From Clostridium butyricum (lineage in GTDB: Bacteria; Bacillota; Clostridia; Clostridiales; Clostridiaceae): 64,000 bases of DNA. Below are positions 40,390 to 51,121 of the stretch, one piece after another. The stretch covers positions 2,573 through 66,572 of the forward strand of contig SVCE01000014.1 of NCBI GenBank assembly GCA_015058525.1. Reading direction: 5' to 3'. A program made the position numbers and the translations under genes. How positions within the stretch are numbered: the stretch's first letter is position 1; each line of letters begins with the position of its first letter. A model generated the notes under the pieces. It was not told where the DNA came from and did not search any database. It saw only the letters and a list, made by a program, of their open reading frames with translations.

Positions 40390-42528
40390 TTAATTAATAA
40401 GTTCATGTTTAATTGAATACATAACGTTATCTACAAAAAATTCATCAGCCTTTCTAAATGAATTTTTCTTGAATGTGTTAATCACATCTTTGTTTTTAAC
40501 AATAAACTCCATTTTGTTATATAAATCATCAAAGTTTTTATATTCATGTATAAGCCCTACTTCATTATCATCTACAAATTCATGAGCAAACTTCCAATTA
40601 GATACTAATACTGCAAGACCTGAAATATATGCATCTATTAGTGCTCCTGGAAGCCCTTCTCCACAATGATAAGTTGGCAATACAAATACATCATACTGTG
40701 ATAAAATCTCATATTCACTTTCTCCATCTGGCTCTATTAATCCTCTATAGCATATTCCTTCACCAAATTGATTTTTTAAACTTTTTAAATAATCTTCATT
40801 CACTTGTCCATAAATATCTAACCTTATATCTTTGCATTTAATTTTTAATCTTTTAAATTCTCTTATTAGTTCTTCAATTCCCTTTTCCTTAACAACTCTT
40901 GAATAAAATACAAATTTTACAATATCTCCAACATTTTTTACCTTTGGTCTTTTAATTATATTTCTAAAATTATTTTTTCTTTGCACACTATTAATTCCAC
41001 ATTTTTTTATTTTTTCAACCATCTCTTCCGATTCGCAATACATCATAGTTATCTTCTTATATACTTTAATATTTAGCTTTTTTTCTTGAAACCAGTCTCC
41101 AAGCATTCCTCCTGCAACAAAATAATATACAGGCTTTTTGTTATTTATATAATATAAAAAGTTTAGTAAAATATATGCTCCTCTTGATGAAGAGCAAATT
41201 ATAATCTTATCTGATTTAATATAATTTTTTAATATTCTTGCTATTATTCTAATACACTTTTTCTGCCAGTTATCTACATCTACTGTTTTAATATTAAATT
41301 CATTTTGTCTTTTTAAATATTTTTCTAATACTGTAGACTTTACAGTAACTCCATCAAGTCTTCTATTTTCTTTTGAAAGACTTCCTATATATAAGATATT
41401 TATCTTCCTTTCCAAAAGACTTTTATACAAACGAATATGATTTTCAGCACATTCTACAATATCAAATTTTTTATATATGGTTCTATTGTTTAAATAAAAC
41501 TTTCTTCTCATTTCTACATTATTAATAAGCTTATATAATGCATCTGCCATCATATAATAATTTCCCTTTTCAACTAAGCAACCATTATCTTTTTTCACAA
41601 TTTCTGAATTACTTCCAACATCTGTACATACAATGCTTATTCCAGATGCTAATGCTTCCATCAAAGATAAGGATAAACCTTCATAAGCTGAACTCATTAC
41701 ATAAACTTCATTATTACTTAATACTTTAGGAATTTGATTATTAACACCATAAAACTTAACTTCTTTTAAATTATTTTGATAAGCAAATTTTTCTAATGCT
41801 TCTCTTAATTCCCCATCCCCAACTATATTTAAATTAGGAACATCCTGTCCATTTTCAATACATTTTTCCTTAAGAATTTTAAATGCTTTTAGCAATGTAA
41901 CATGATCTTTCTGCTCTGATAATCTACCAATACAAACTATATTATTTACCTTTTCTTTAAATTTCAAAACCTTTTCAAACGGTTTAATATCAATGCCATT
42001 ATAAATTGTTTCTATTTTATCTTCAGGAACTTTTAATTCTGATTTTATGATAGCTTCGACCTTTTTAGATATAGCTACATATTTAAAAATTTTTCTATCT
42101 AAAATAAACTTATGAATGTTTTTATGGTTAATTTTTATATTATGAATTGTTTCTATTATTTTTACTTTTTTAAATAATAAACTTAATACAACATGAAAAG
42201 TGACTGTTTCCAAATGGCAATGTATAATATCTGGCTTAAAATCCGAATAAAATTTTCGTAAATTTCTCATCATAGAAATTCTTCCAATTATTCCTGAATT
42301 CTTTTTAGCTATCTTTACAGTTATATTTTTATTTTCAAGTTGAGCCTTATAAACTTTTTCAAATTCTTCTGCACTTGGCAATTTGTTAAATAAAACCGAA
42401 GCCTCATAAATGACCCATAATTCTATTTCAAAACTGCTATCTAAATTCTTTATACTAGTAATTATTGATTTTGCCAGAACCTCAGCACCTCCAGCTGAAC
42501 AGCAATGAATAACATGTACTAATTTCAT
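40390..42528 (-). CDS. Fused double GT4 glycosyltransferase
   Basis: Two GT-B modules: GGAEV...GRLSEQK...EGLSLSLME and DGVTVKS...SRVVKEKG...EGLPGALID. Confidence 0.88.
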   Translation of the reverse strand: MKLVHVIHCCSAGGAEVLAKSIITSIKNLDSSFEIELWVIYEASVLFNKLPSAEEFEKVYKAQLENKNITVKIAKKNSGIIGRISMMRNLRKFYSDFKPDIIHCHLETVTFHVVLSLLFKKVKIIETIHNIKINHKNIHKFILDRKIFKYVAISKKVEAIIKSELKVPEDKIETIYNGIDIKPFEKVLKFKEKVNNIVCIGRLSEQKDHVTLLKAFKILKEKCIENGQDVPNLNIVGDGELREALEKFAYQNNLKEVKFYGVNNQIPKVLSNNEVYVMSSAYEGLSLSLMEALASGISIVCTDVGSNSEIVKKDNGCLVEKGNYYMMADALYKLINNVEMRRKFYLNNRTIYKKFDIVECAENHIRLYKSLLERKINILYIGSLSKENRRLDGVTVKSTVLEKYLKRQNEFNIKTVDVDNWQKKCIRIIARILKNYIKSDKIIICSSSRGAYILLNFLYYINNKKPVYYFVAGGMLGDWFQEKKLNIKVYKKITMMYCESEEMVEKIKKCGINSVQRKNNFRNIIKRPKVKNVGDIVKFVFYSRVVKEKGIEELIREFKRLKIKCKDIRLDIYGQVNEDYLKSLKNQFGEGICYRGLIEPDGESEYEILSQYDVFVLPTYHCGEGLPGALIDAYISGLAVLVSNWKFAHEFVDDNEVGLIHEYKNFDDLYNKMEFIVKNKDVINTFKKNSFRKADEFFVDNVMYSIKHELIN

Positions 42529-42564
42529 ATTTATTTTCCTCTCATTTATATTTTCATATTAATT

Positions 42565-43887
42565 CTAAGCATCCAAAAAAATATTTTTTTCCAATATACC
42601 CATTATTAACAACAACAAGAAGTAAAAATAATTAGTTAACATACTATGGAGGCTAATCCCGGTAATCATAAACATAATCAATGGAGTAAAACTTAAGAAA
42701 CTACGCTTTTTTCGCAAAAAATAAATTACTCTGTACGCTAATAATCCCAAAAATATACATAATCCTATTATTCCAAATAGTACTGTACATTCTAAATAAA
42801 TATTATGAGCACATATTCCATTAGTTCCTGTTACCCTCCACGGAATCAAATACCTATAAAATCCTGCTCCAAAATACCAGTAAAATATATTATTATTTAA
42901 TAACTTAATAAAATATTTAAATACCTCTAATCTTCCTGTTGAAAGATCCTTGGATTTAAATCTTATTAAATAATTAGTTATTAAACTACTATGTGCATTA
43001 TCTATTATAAATTTCCCAATTAATATACTTATAATTATGCAGGATAATATTATAAAAAATAATCTTATTACATTAATTTTTTTCTTAACACTTCTATATA
43101 AACCATATAAAATAACCAATGTAAAAAATATACATATCCCTATAAGATACATCTTAGAATAAGTCATAACTCCAAAAACTATTAATAGACCACTTATAAT
43201 TAACTTTTTCATAACATCTCTTATATTCTTACAGTAAATCATACTTATAATGTTTACTATAAGAAGAATAAGATTAACCTGTGCATACCCATTTGTTTCT
43301 CCAATTAATCCTACAAATCTATAAGTTATATTCCATTTATTAAAAACAACACCTAAATCTACAGGCAATATATCTACCCTTCCATGTTTTATAACAATAT
43401 ATCCTAAAACAGAGGATATAACAAATGATATTGTATACCAATTTATACATTTTTTAAGTTTAAAGTGTTTATCATTATAAACAAATATGAAATATACTGT
43501 TAATATAAGCCAACTTATATATCTTTTATTTTCAAGAGAAAATAAGTTTCTAATAGTGCATATAAAAATTAATAAGCTTATAAAATATTTATTAATAAGT
43601 TGATTCAAATTATTCTCTTTAATCTTCTCCATAATAAATTTAATAAAATATATTATTATTATTAAATAAACATAACTAAACTGTCCTAACTTTATAGTTA
43701 TCAAATAAAAAAAAGGTACACATATAAAGCAAATAATAATAATATTTTCAATTGTAGTTATTGCAGTTATTACTAAAATACTTATTATTGAAACCATAAC
43801 CACACTTTTTATTGAAAAATAATAACCAATAAAGTCCAAAATAACTAATGCCATAACTGCAATAGGAATTAATTTTCTATTTTTCAT
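42565..43887 (-). CDS. Wzy-type polysaccharide polymerase (O-antigen ligase family)
   Basis: Many TM segments; RFVGLIGETN, TYSKM, STGR, GAG, AHNIYLE. Confidence 0.8.
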   Translation of the reverse strand: MKNRKLIPIAVMALVILDFIGYYFSIKSVVMVSIISILVITAITTIENIIIICFICVPFFYLITIKLGQFSYVYLIIIIYFIKFIMEKIKENNLNQLINKYFISLLIFICTIRNLFSLENKRYISWLILTVYFIFVYNDKHFKLKKCINWYTISFVISSVLGYIVIKHGRVDILPVDLGVVFNKWNITYRFVGLIGETNGYAQVNLILLIVNIISMIYCKNIRDVMKKLIISGLLIVFGVMTYSKMYLIGICIFFTLVILYGLYRSVKKKINVIRLFFIILSCIIISILIGKFIIDNAHSSLITNYLIRFKSKDLSTGRLEVFKYFIKLLNNNIFYWYFGAGFYRYLIPWRVTGTNGICAHNIYLECTVLFGIIGLCIFLGLLAYRVIYFLRKKRSFLSFTPLIMFMITGISLHSMLTNYFYFLLLLIMGILEKNIFLDA

Positions 43888-43890
43888 CTT

Positions 43891-44688
43891 CTATTTCCTT
43901 AACTTATTAAATATTTTTTTAAGGTATATTCTCTTTTTACATGCATTATAAGAATAACCCACAAAATAAAATCCTGATTTAATTAAAGATAATTTTTCTA
44001 CCTTCCTATATACATACCACGTACCTTTAACAGCTTTAATTTTATTGGAAGACAATGAATTTCTAGTACGTCTATATTGACCCAATACTTGATTTACTGC
44101 ATAAGCTGTTTCTCCATTTTTTAATATTTTAAGCCAACATGCAAAATCTTGTCTTCTTTTCAATAAAGGCATATATATTTCGTCTATATACTTTCTGTCA
44201 ATCATAACAGTTAATGTCTGAATTATTGGATTTTTTAAATATGCTTCATAATTTATTTTATGAGGCATCTGTACTACTTTAAGAATTTCTCCATCATCAC
44301 TTATTACTTCATAATCACTGAAAGAAAAATGAATATTATTTTTCTTCATATAATCTACTTGTATTTTAAGCTTGTCTTTTACCCATATATCATCTGAATC
44401 TAAAAATGCTATAAATCTTCCTTTTGCCATGTGAATTGCTTTATTTCTTGCTTCAGCAGCACCTCTATTTTTATCAAATTTAAAATATATTATTTTATTA
44501 TTGCAGGAAGCAATCATATTTTCTATAATTTCTTTGGTATTATCTGTTGAATTATCGTCTACTATAATAAGTTCCCAATTATAATAAGACTGATTAATTA
44601 CTGATTTTATAGTATCTAGTATATATCTTTCTGAATTGAATACAGGCATTATTATTGATACCAAATTTTCACAATCCACTATTTCCAC
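43891..44688 (-). CDS. GT2 glycosyltransferase (TuaG-like)
   Basis: VSIIMPVFN, VDDNSTD, GAAEARN, FLDSDD, QDFACW, SLSSNK. Confidence 0.9.
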   Translation of the reverse strand: MEIVDCENLVSIIMPVFNSERYILDTIKSVINQSYYNWELIIVDDNSTDNTKEIIENMIASCNNKIIYFKFDKNRGAAEARNKAIHMAKGRFIAFLDSDDIWVKDKLKIQVDYMKKNNIHFSFSDYEVISDDGEILKVVQMPHKINYEAYLKNPIIQTLTVMIDRKYIDEIYMPLLKRRQDFACWLKILKNGETAYAVNQVLGQYRRTRNSLSSNKIKAVKGTWYVYRKVEKLSLIKSGFYFVGYSYNACKKRIYLKKIFNKLRK

Positions 44689-44717
44689 ACCTTTACCAAG
44701 ATATTTTCAAAGCAAAC

Positions 44718-46028
44718 TTACTGTCTTAACACCGGTTTTCTTCCGATTGAATAATATTCTATATCTGCTTCTTGTACTTGTTTTAAATCAAAACAATTTC
44801 TGCCATCAAATACTATTGGAGTTTTCATTAACTTCTTAAACTCATTTAATCTACTATGTTTTATTTCATCCCATTCTGTAAAAATAAATGCTGCATCACA
44901 ATATCTTATACAATCTTCTACGGACTTTTTATATTGTATTTTATCTTTAAATATTTCATAACATTTTTCTTCACCTTTAGGATCATATACTGAAACATCT
45001 GCACCTTCATCTAATAATCTTTCAATATTGTATATAGCCGGACTTTCTCTTAAGTCATCTGTTTCAGGCTTAAATGTTAATCCTAATACTGCAATCTTCT
45101 TATTACTTATTTTCCCAAACCTTTTTTTAGCTTTCCTAAATAATTCAAACCTCTGATTTTGATTGACTTCAATAGTAGCTTTTATAGTTTTTAGTTCATA
45201 TCCATGGTTATTTGCTAACCAGTGAAGTGCCTTTGTATCTTTAGGAAAACATGATCCTCCATATCCAATACCTGCTTTTAGAAATTTATTTCCTATTCTT
45301 GTATCATATTTCATTCCTTCAACTACATCATTAATATCAGCCCCAATAACTTCACAAAAATTTGCTATTTCATTTATAAAAGATATTTTTAAAGCTAAAA
45401 AATCATTACATGCATACTTAATCATTTCTGCACTTCTCCTGTCTGTTACTATAATAGGCTGATTGTAATCCTTATAAATTTCTTTTAATTTATTTTCTGC
45501 TTTCCTTGAATTAACTCCTATTACTATTCTTTCTCCATTCAAAGTATCTCGTACAGCTGTGCCTTGTGCTAAAAACTCTGGATTTGATGCAAGTTCAACA
45601 TTAATGTTTCTTTTTAAAATTTTTTTCAAATACTCTTCTATCCTATCATTAGTTCCTACTGGTACTGTTGATTTTATAACTATTAATATATCATCTTGAG
45701 CTTTTTCATAGATTCTTCTGCACGCCCCATAAATATAATCTAGATTTACAGAACCATCCTCCCTTTCAGGAGTTCCAACACCAACAAATACAACTTTACA
45801 GTCTTTGAGTGCACTTTCATAATCTGTTGTAAAATTTAAATTTCCACTAATATAATTTTTGCTTATTAATTCTTGCAATCCTTGTTCATATATTATTGTT
45901 ACTCCTCTTTTTAATTTTTCTATTTTGCTTTCATCTACATCAACACATATAACATTATGACCCTTTTCAGCAAAACACGCCCCTGTAACCAACCCTACAT
46001 ACCCCGTGCCAATCATAGCAATATTCAA
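44718..46028 (-). CDS. ugd: UDP-glucose 6-dehydrogenase
   Basis: GTGYVGL, KSTVPVGT, SNPEFL, GYGGSCFPKD, FKPETDDLRES. Confidence 0.93.
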   Translation of the reverse strand: MNIAMIGTGYVGLVTGACFAEKGHNVICVDVDESKIEKLKRGVTIIYEQGLQELISKNYISGNLNFTTDYESALKDCKVVFVGVGTPEREDGSVNLDYIYGACRRIYEKAQDDILIVIKSTVPVGTNDRIEEYLKKILKRNINVELASNPEFLAQGTAVRDTLNGERIVIGVNSRKAENKLKEIYKDYNQPIIVTDRRSAEMIKYACNDFLALKISFINEIANFCEVIGADINDVVEGMKYDTRIGNKFLKAGIGYGGSCFPKDTKALHWLANNHGYELKTIKATIEVNQNQRFELFRKAKKRFGKISNKKIAVLGLTFKPETDDLRESPAIYNIERLLDEGADVSVYDPKGEEKCYEIFKDKIQYKKSVEDCIRYCDAAFIFTEWDEIKHSRLNEFKKLMKTPIVFDGRNCFDLKQVQEADIEYYSIGRKPVLRQ

Positions 46029-46173
46029 ATTCTCACCCTCTTATAATTAATAGCTTTAATTATCTATATACTTAATGTTATGTATCTTTTAATTAATAAA
46101 TTACTTAATATAAATATTTACTTTTTCAAATCTATAAAACAAAAACAGGGTATACCCTGCTTCTAAATTTTAT

Positions 46174-47073
46174 TTAAATTTCTGGCAGACTTATCATATT
46201 TCCAAGAAATAAATCACCATATTCTGTTAATGTATTATCTAAACCTGCACAAGGAGTAAAAGTCATTTCTCCTAATATGACCTTATTTTCATATTCATAA
46301 AAATCAACTCTTACAAAGGGGAAACTAGCACTTAATTTTTCAGCATAAAAAATCATCTTGTCAAAAGTGTATGGCTTTTTTATATAATATTTTTTTTCCT
46401 CATTATAAATACCTTTATAACTTTTATCTATAGGCAGCATTTTCCAGTTGTTATCAAAATAATAAAATTTTGTTTTTTCTTCTTCATAACGTCCTTTACA
46501 GACCATAGTTAATCTTACATGACCATTAAAGCAAAAAATTTTATAGTCTAATGGAACTTTTTCTTGTTCATTACCTAAATACTTCTCTATTATAATTCTA
46601 GGTTTTATTTCATCATATTGTAATTCTGCTGCTATTACTGAATACCGACTCTTCATCCACTTATCCAATTTCTTTCTAACTTGCTGTAAATTAAGACTGT
46701 GTTTATCTGTGCAGATTATATTATAGCCAGATCCATGAGTACACTTTATTACAAACTTTTCAGGAAGTGTATCAAAATCTATATTTTCTGCATTTTCATA
46801 AATTCCATAAATCTCATTAAGTATGTCCTGTAATCCTAATTTTTCTGCATACTCTCGCAACATATATTTATCTGCACACTTTCCTATCAATGGATTTTTG
46901 TAATACAATTTAAGCCACTGTATTTTTTCATTAAATGTTTTAGGATTAGACAAATTAAGTTTTTTATTCATTGCAAACCTATATACAATTTTTGTTTCTA
47001 ATAGTGGTGATATGTGATAAAACACACTGCATATTTTCATCCATATACTTTTTTTTATTTTTCTTATACTCAT
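46174..47073 (-). CDS. TupA-like ATP-grasp amidoligase
   Basis: NPKTFNEKIQWLKL, ADKY, FVIKCTHGSG, PRIIIEKY, DYKIFCFNG, FVRVDFY, GEMTFTP. Confidence 0.9.
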   Translation of the reverse strand: MSIRKIKKSIWMKICSVFYHISPLLETKIVYRFAMNKKLNLSNPKTFNEKIQWLKLYYKNPLIGKCADKYMLREYAEKLGLQDILNEIYGIYENAENIDFDTLPEKFVIKCTHGSGYNIICTDKHSLNLQQVRKKLDKWMKSRYSVIAAELQYDEIKPRIIIEKYLGNEQEKVPLDYKIFCFNGHVRLTMVCKGRYEEEKTKFYYFDNNWKMLPIDKSYKGIYNEEKKYYIKKPYTFDKMIFYAEKLSASFPFVRVDFYEYENKVILGEMTFTPCAGLDNTLTEYGDLFLGNMISLPEI

Positions 47074-47100
47074 ATCTTTATATGCTCCATTATTATAAAA

Positions 47101-47754
47101 TTATCTATATGAATAATATTTTTTTGTATTAATTTTTTTATAATTTAATACGACTCCAAGTATATTTGCCCCAACATTATTTAAAAGCTGTTTTACTTCC
47201 ATAATATCATCCAATTTACTTTTAGCTTCTCTTGCTACAATAATAGTACCATCTACTTTCTTAGATAATATCTGAGCATCACTAACCAATGTTATAGGTG
47301 GCGTATCTAATATTACAATCTCAAACATAGAATTCAATACATCAAGTAATCTTGTCATTGCTCTTGAACTTAACATTTCACATGGATCAGGAGGTACTTT
47401 ACCTGTAGGAAGTACGTGCAAATAGTCGTTATACCTTACAACTGCTTCATCTACATTGCATTTTCCTATTAATATTTCTGATATTCCAGTTTCATTAGAT
47501 ATTTTAAATAATTTATGCTGAGAGGGATTTCTTAAATCACAATCAACAACTATGGTATTTATACTACTTTTTGAAAAAGATAACGCTAAATTAGCTGATA
47601 TTGTAGATTTTCCATCTCCACTTTCTCCACTAGTTAAAATTATTGACTTAATCTTCTTATCAAAAGATGAATACATTATATTAGTTCTAAGCATTTTATA
47701 TGCTTCATTTGTGAAAAAATTAGACTTTTTTTCTAATTCAAGCAAATACATCAC
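47101..47754 (-). CDS. BY-kinase (CpsD/CapB) tyrosine-protein kinase
   Basis: EAYKMLRTNI, GDGKST, DCDLRNP, DTPP, C-terminal Tyr cluster YYSY. Confidence 0.93.
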   Translation of the reverse strand: MMYLLELEKKSNFFTNEAYKMLRTNIMYSSFDKKIKSIILTSGESGDGKSTISANLALSFSKSSINTIVVDCDLRNPSQHKLFKISNETGISEILIGKCNVDEAVVRYNDYLHVLPTGKVPPDPCEMLSSRAMTRLLDVLNSMFEIVILDTPPITLVSDAQILSKKVDGTIIVAREAKSKLDDIMEVKQLLNNVGANILGVVLNYKKINTKKYYSYR

Positions 47755-48431
47755 CCCTTTTTACTTTCATTAGGAATAACTCCTATAACAGGAATTTTGA
47801 TGAATTTTTCTATGGTTTCTTTATTCCTTACGGTTTTATTGATTGTTTCCAAAAATAATACTATCCCAAATCCAACTAATATACTCACTATAAAACTTAT
47901 AATTATATTGCTTATCTTTTTAGGTTTTATATAAGTTTTAGGTAGTTTAGAATGTTCTATAATCTTTATATTACCATTTGGCACCAACTGATTAGCTTCT
48001 TTTATAAATTCTGCTGTTATATCTTCCACAATGTTCTTTGCTAAATACTTATCATTACTTTTATACTTAATTTCAATTATTTGAGAATCATCACTTTGAT
48101 TTACAGTAAGATTATCAAGAATATTTGAAGTTTCCATATTTATATCATTTTTCCTCAATGCATTTTCTATTAAATCATTTGTATTTATTAATTTTATATA
48201 ACTCTGTATCAAATTCTTATACATTTCAATATCATTACTAGTATAGTTATCATTATCAGATGCTGATTTTCCAGCAAACACCATAGTACTTACTTCATAC
48301 ATAGGTGTAGATAAAAATAAGTTATTTATAGTTACAATCATTACTGTAACAATTGTTATGAAATACATTAGTTTAAATCTTTTGCCAATAATATCAAACA
48401 AATCTTTTAAACTGATATTTTGATCTTCCAT
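47751..48431 (-). CDS. Wzz/CpsC (CapA) chain-length regulator and kinase activator
   Basis: ISLKDLF, two TM segments, PMYEVST, C-terminal IPVIGVIP. Confidence 0.9.
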   Translation of the reverse strand: MEDQNISLKDLFDIIGKRFKLMYFITIVTVMIVTINNLFLSTPMYEVSTMVFAGKSASDNDNYTSNDIEMYKNLIQSYIKLINTNDLIENALRKNDINMETSNILDNLTVNQSDDSQIIEIKYKSNDKYLAKNIVEDITAEFIKEANQLVPNGNIKIIEHSKLPKTYIKPKKISNIIISFIVSILVGFGIVLFLETINKTVRNKETIEKFIKIPVIGVIPNESKKG

Positions 48432-48617
48432 ATAAATTTCTCCTCTTTCTACTCTATACTAATATAAATTGAATGCTTATTATTAGCTGTAATAATATCT
48501 TTTTATGAAATTATATGCCTTAATAATTTTGTATATTCTACTTTTATAATAAAAGGAATGATATTATTCATGTATTTTATTAATGAAACATATCATCCCT
48601 GTTTTTCAATTCTAATT

Positions 48618-50165
48618 TCAATTTAATTTAATTAAATACTTTAATTCACCATAATAAAGATTTATATTCTTTAATATTATATCTTTTACATACAACTTGG
48701 TTAATTCATCTACTGGAAACATAGAATTATAGAATATAGAAAATGCATTTAAAGAATATTTGTTTTTTTTGTTTCTTATAAATTCAATATTTTCAGCATG
48801 AACTTGTCCTTTAAAATTATCACTTAATCGTATTACTTCCGTATTTCTTTTAAAGCTTATCCCAACAACAAACTTTAATTTTTTTAAATATACCTCATCC
48901 CATTGTCCATATAACATTAATGCTATTGCTCCACTATTATTTGTATTATCGATATTATTATACTCAATATTTTCTAATATTAGCTTTTCAACAGGTCCAA
49001 ACGCATCTTGATCACCTTTAAATGCTCCTGATATTTTTCCGTTTTTTATTAAAATAGTTCCAAAACCTGCATTAGTATCCTCTAGCGCTAACAGTTTATA
49101 TATATTTCTAAATTCAAAATTATTTATAGTTAAACAATCACATTTTCCTTCAAATGCATGAACAATTCCACCGTATTCTCTATTTTGATTTTCAACATAA
49201 ACATTTTCAAATGTTATATCCTTTGTTTCACTGTTAAATCCAACTAATTGGCCTATATTTTTAGCTTTAATATTTCTAATTTTAATATTTTTATCCTCAA
49301 ATCCTACTGTTCCAATTGGAGGATATGCCCCTACAGTCGTATAGTCAAATCTATTAAAATGAATAACATCTCCTGGGCAGTTATCTACTTGCAAATTATC
49401 TATTGTTATATTTTGAGATCTAGGTCTTAAATAAATTGCAACATTGGGTACATCATTCTCATCTTCATTAGTAACATTTATTTTTATATTTTCAGCATCC
49501 CATTTTTCAATATTACATATATGCATAAAACAGCTTACATTTTCACCTGATACATTATTAGTAACTAAATGTTTAACTGTATTTTGTTCACTTAGTTTAT
49601 CACTATTCTTAAAATTTATTTTTAGTCCATAATCTGCATTATCTAATGATACATTATTCAAAATTACTTCATCCGCATTTTCTATTTCAATATAACATCT
49701 ATGACCATAAGTACCGCTAGATACATCTTTAGTATTAAATCTTATATTTTCAACATCAAACTTCTTTATATTTACTATATAAAATAAATTCTCATATTCA
49801 TCTGCTTTTTTTACATTAAACTTACTTTGATTTCCTTTTAATTTAAGTTCTATTTCTTCCATATCAAGATATATCTGTTTATCAAATAAATAACTACCAC
49901 CATCAGGAAAAAATAAAGTACCTCCTTTTTCAGGTTTATAATTCAAATAATTAATCATATCATATAATAATTTAGAATTATCAGTCTTTCCATCATTAAC
50001 TAAAGGCTTTACACCCTCTGGTGGATTTAGTACATCAATAAAATTATTTTCTAATATATGAGCACATCTGCTACAATATCTGACCATAATTATTCCTCCT
50101 ATAGTTAATACAATCATTATAATCATTATTAAAATTTTTTTATTTTTCTTCATTATACTTTTCAT
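48618..50165 (-). CDS. Membrane-anchored right-handed beta-helix protein (pectate-lyase-like)
   Basis: N-terminal TM; DGKTDNS...GGTLFFPDG.SY cap motif; repeated NITIDN/NIKIRN/DITFEN strands. Confidence 0.7.
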   Translation of the reverse strand: MKSIMKKNKKILIMIIMIVLTIGGIIMVRYCSRCAHILENNFIDVLNPPEGVKPLVNDGKTDNSKLLYDMINYLNYKPEKGGTLFFPDGGSYLFDKQIYLDMEEIELKLKGNQSKFNVKKADEYENLFYIVNIKKFDVENIRFNTKDVSSGTYGHRCYIEIENADEVILNNVSLDNADYGLKINFKNSDKLSEQNTVKHLVTNNVSGENVSCFMHICNIEKWDAENIKINVTNEDENDVPNVAIYLRPRSQNITIDNLQVDNCPGDVIHFNRFDYTTVGAYPPIGTVGFEDKNIKIRNIKAKNIGQLVGFNSETKDITFENVYVENQNREYGGIVHAFEGKCDCLTINNFEFRNIYKLLALEDTNAGFGTILIKNGKISGAFKGDQDAFGPVEKLILENIEYNNIDNTNNSGAIALMLYGQWDEVYLKKLKFVVGISFKRNTEVIRLSDNFKGQVHAENIEFIRNKKNKYSLNAFSIFYNSMFPVDELTKLYVKDIILKNINLYYGELKYLIKLN

Positions 50166-50312
50166 AAATCATGTTGCACACAAACTTTCTTTATTATATT
50201 CACCTGTTTTCCATTATGTTTAATAAAATTCATTTACTATTAATAAAAATATATTTCTATAATTTAAACTATATGCATATTAATTAAATATAAAATAAAA
50301 AAGAAAGGTCGT

Positions 50313-51059
50313 TTGAATATAGTGAAAAATAAACATAAATATATTATAAATTTTACCTTAATTATCTTAACATTAATTTTATTAATTTTACTTGGATTGG
50401 GTTTCCATAAAGACTTTTTGTTAAAACAAAAAGATAATGAAGATTATATTGAATGGTCAAAGTCTAATTCTTTTTATTCTTCTAATAACTGCTTTTATAA
50501 TATGTATTCATCATTTAAAGAAAAAATTAAAAATAAAGAAGAAATTAAAATTTTAATATTAAGTGATAATTTCATTCTAAAAGATAATTCATGGACAGAA
50601 AAAATTTCAAAATGGTTCGAATCTCGCTATGGAAATAATATAAATTTAATTTATATTAATGCCGATAGCAATAATATACTTGATGGAATTACTCTTCTAG
50701 ACAATTCTCAAACATTGGATTTTGATTTAGCTATAATATCCTTTGGATTATATGATTCAATTAATAATTCTCCTGTGGATACCTTTGGTCAATCATACAC
50801 TAATTTAATCTGTAGCTTAAAATCTAAAAATTACAATTCATCCATAATATCAATCATCCCACCTGTAATTAATCAAAATAGTGAATATGTATCAACAATA
50901 AAATCATTATGTAGTTCCAACAACATTGGATTTATAGCTCCATTTTTTGAATCTAACAATAAATCTGACGCTTTTTATTCAGATACATCACCAACAGAAA
51001 AAGAATATAATTACTTAACTAAATGCTTTGAAAACCTTATTTTACAGGAACTAGAATAA
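50313..51059 (+). CDS. Membrane-anchored SGNH/GDSL-fold protein, catalytic residues degenerate
   Basis: Block-like motifs ILILSDN, DLAIISFGLYD, SDTSPTEKEY. Confidence 0.65.
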   Translation: MNIVKNKHKYIINFTLIILTLILLILLGLGFHKDFLLKQKDNEDYIEWSKSNSFYSSNNCFYNMYSSFKEKIKNKEEIKILILSDNFILKDNSWTEKISKWFESRYGNNINLIYINADSNNILDGITLLDNSQTLDFDLAIISFGLYDSINNSPVDTFGQSYTNLICSLKSKNYNSSIISIIPPVINQNSEYVSTIKSLCSSNNIGFIAPFFESNNKSDAFYSDTSPTEKEYNYLTKCFENLILQELE

Positions 51060-51086
51060 AACAACCATTAAAATTATTTTCTATAA

Positions 51087-51121
51087 AAATAAGCTCTGCT
51101 TAACTTCCGCAGAGTTTATTT
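51087..51121 (+). terminator. Terminator after SGNH-like gene
   Basis: AAATAAGCTCTGC...GCAGAGTTTATTT. Confidence 0.7.

Noticed and set aside
48618..50165. Phage tailspike or prophage remnant
   Set aside because: Has an N-terminal TM anchor; no phage genes, integrase or att sites nearby
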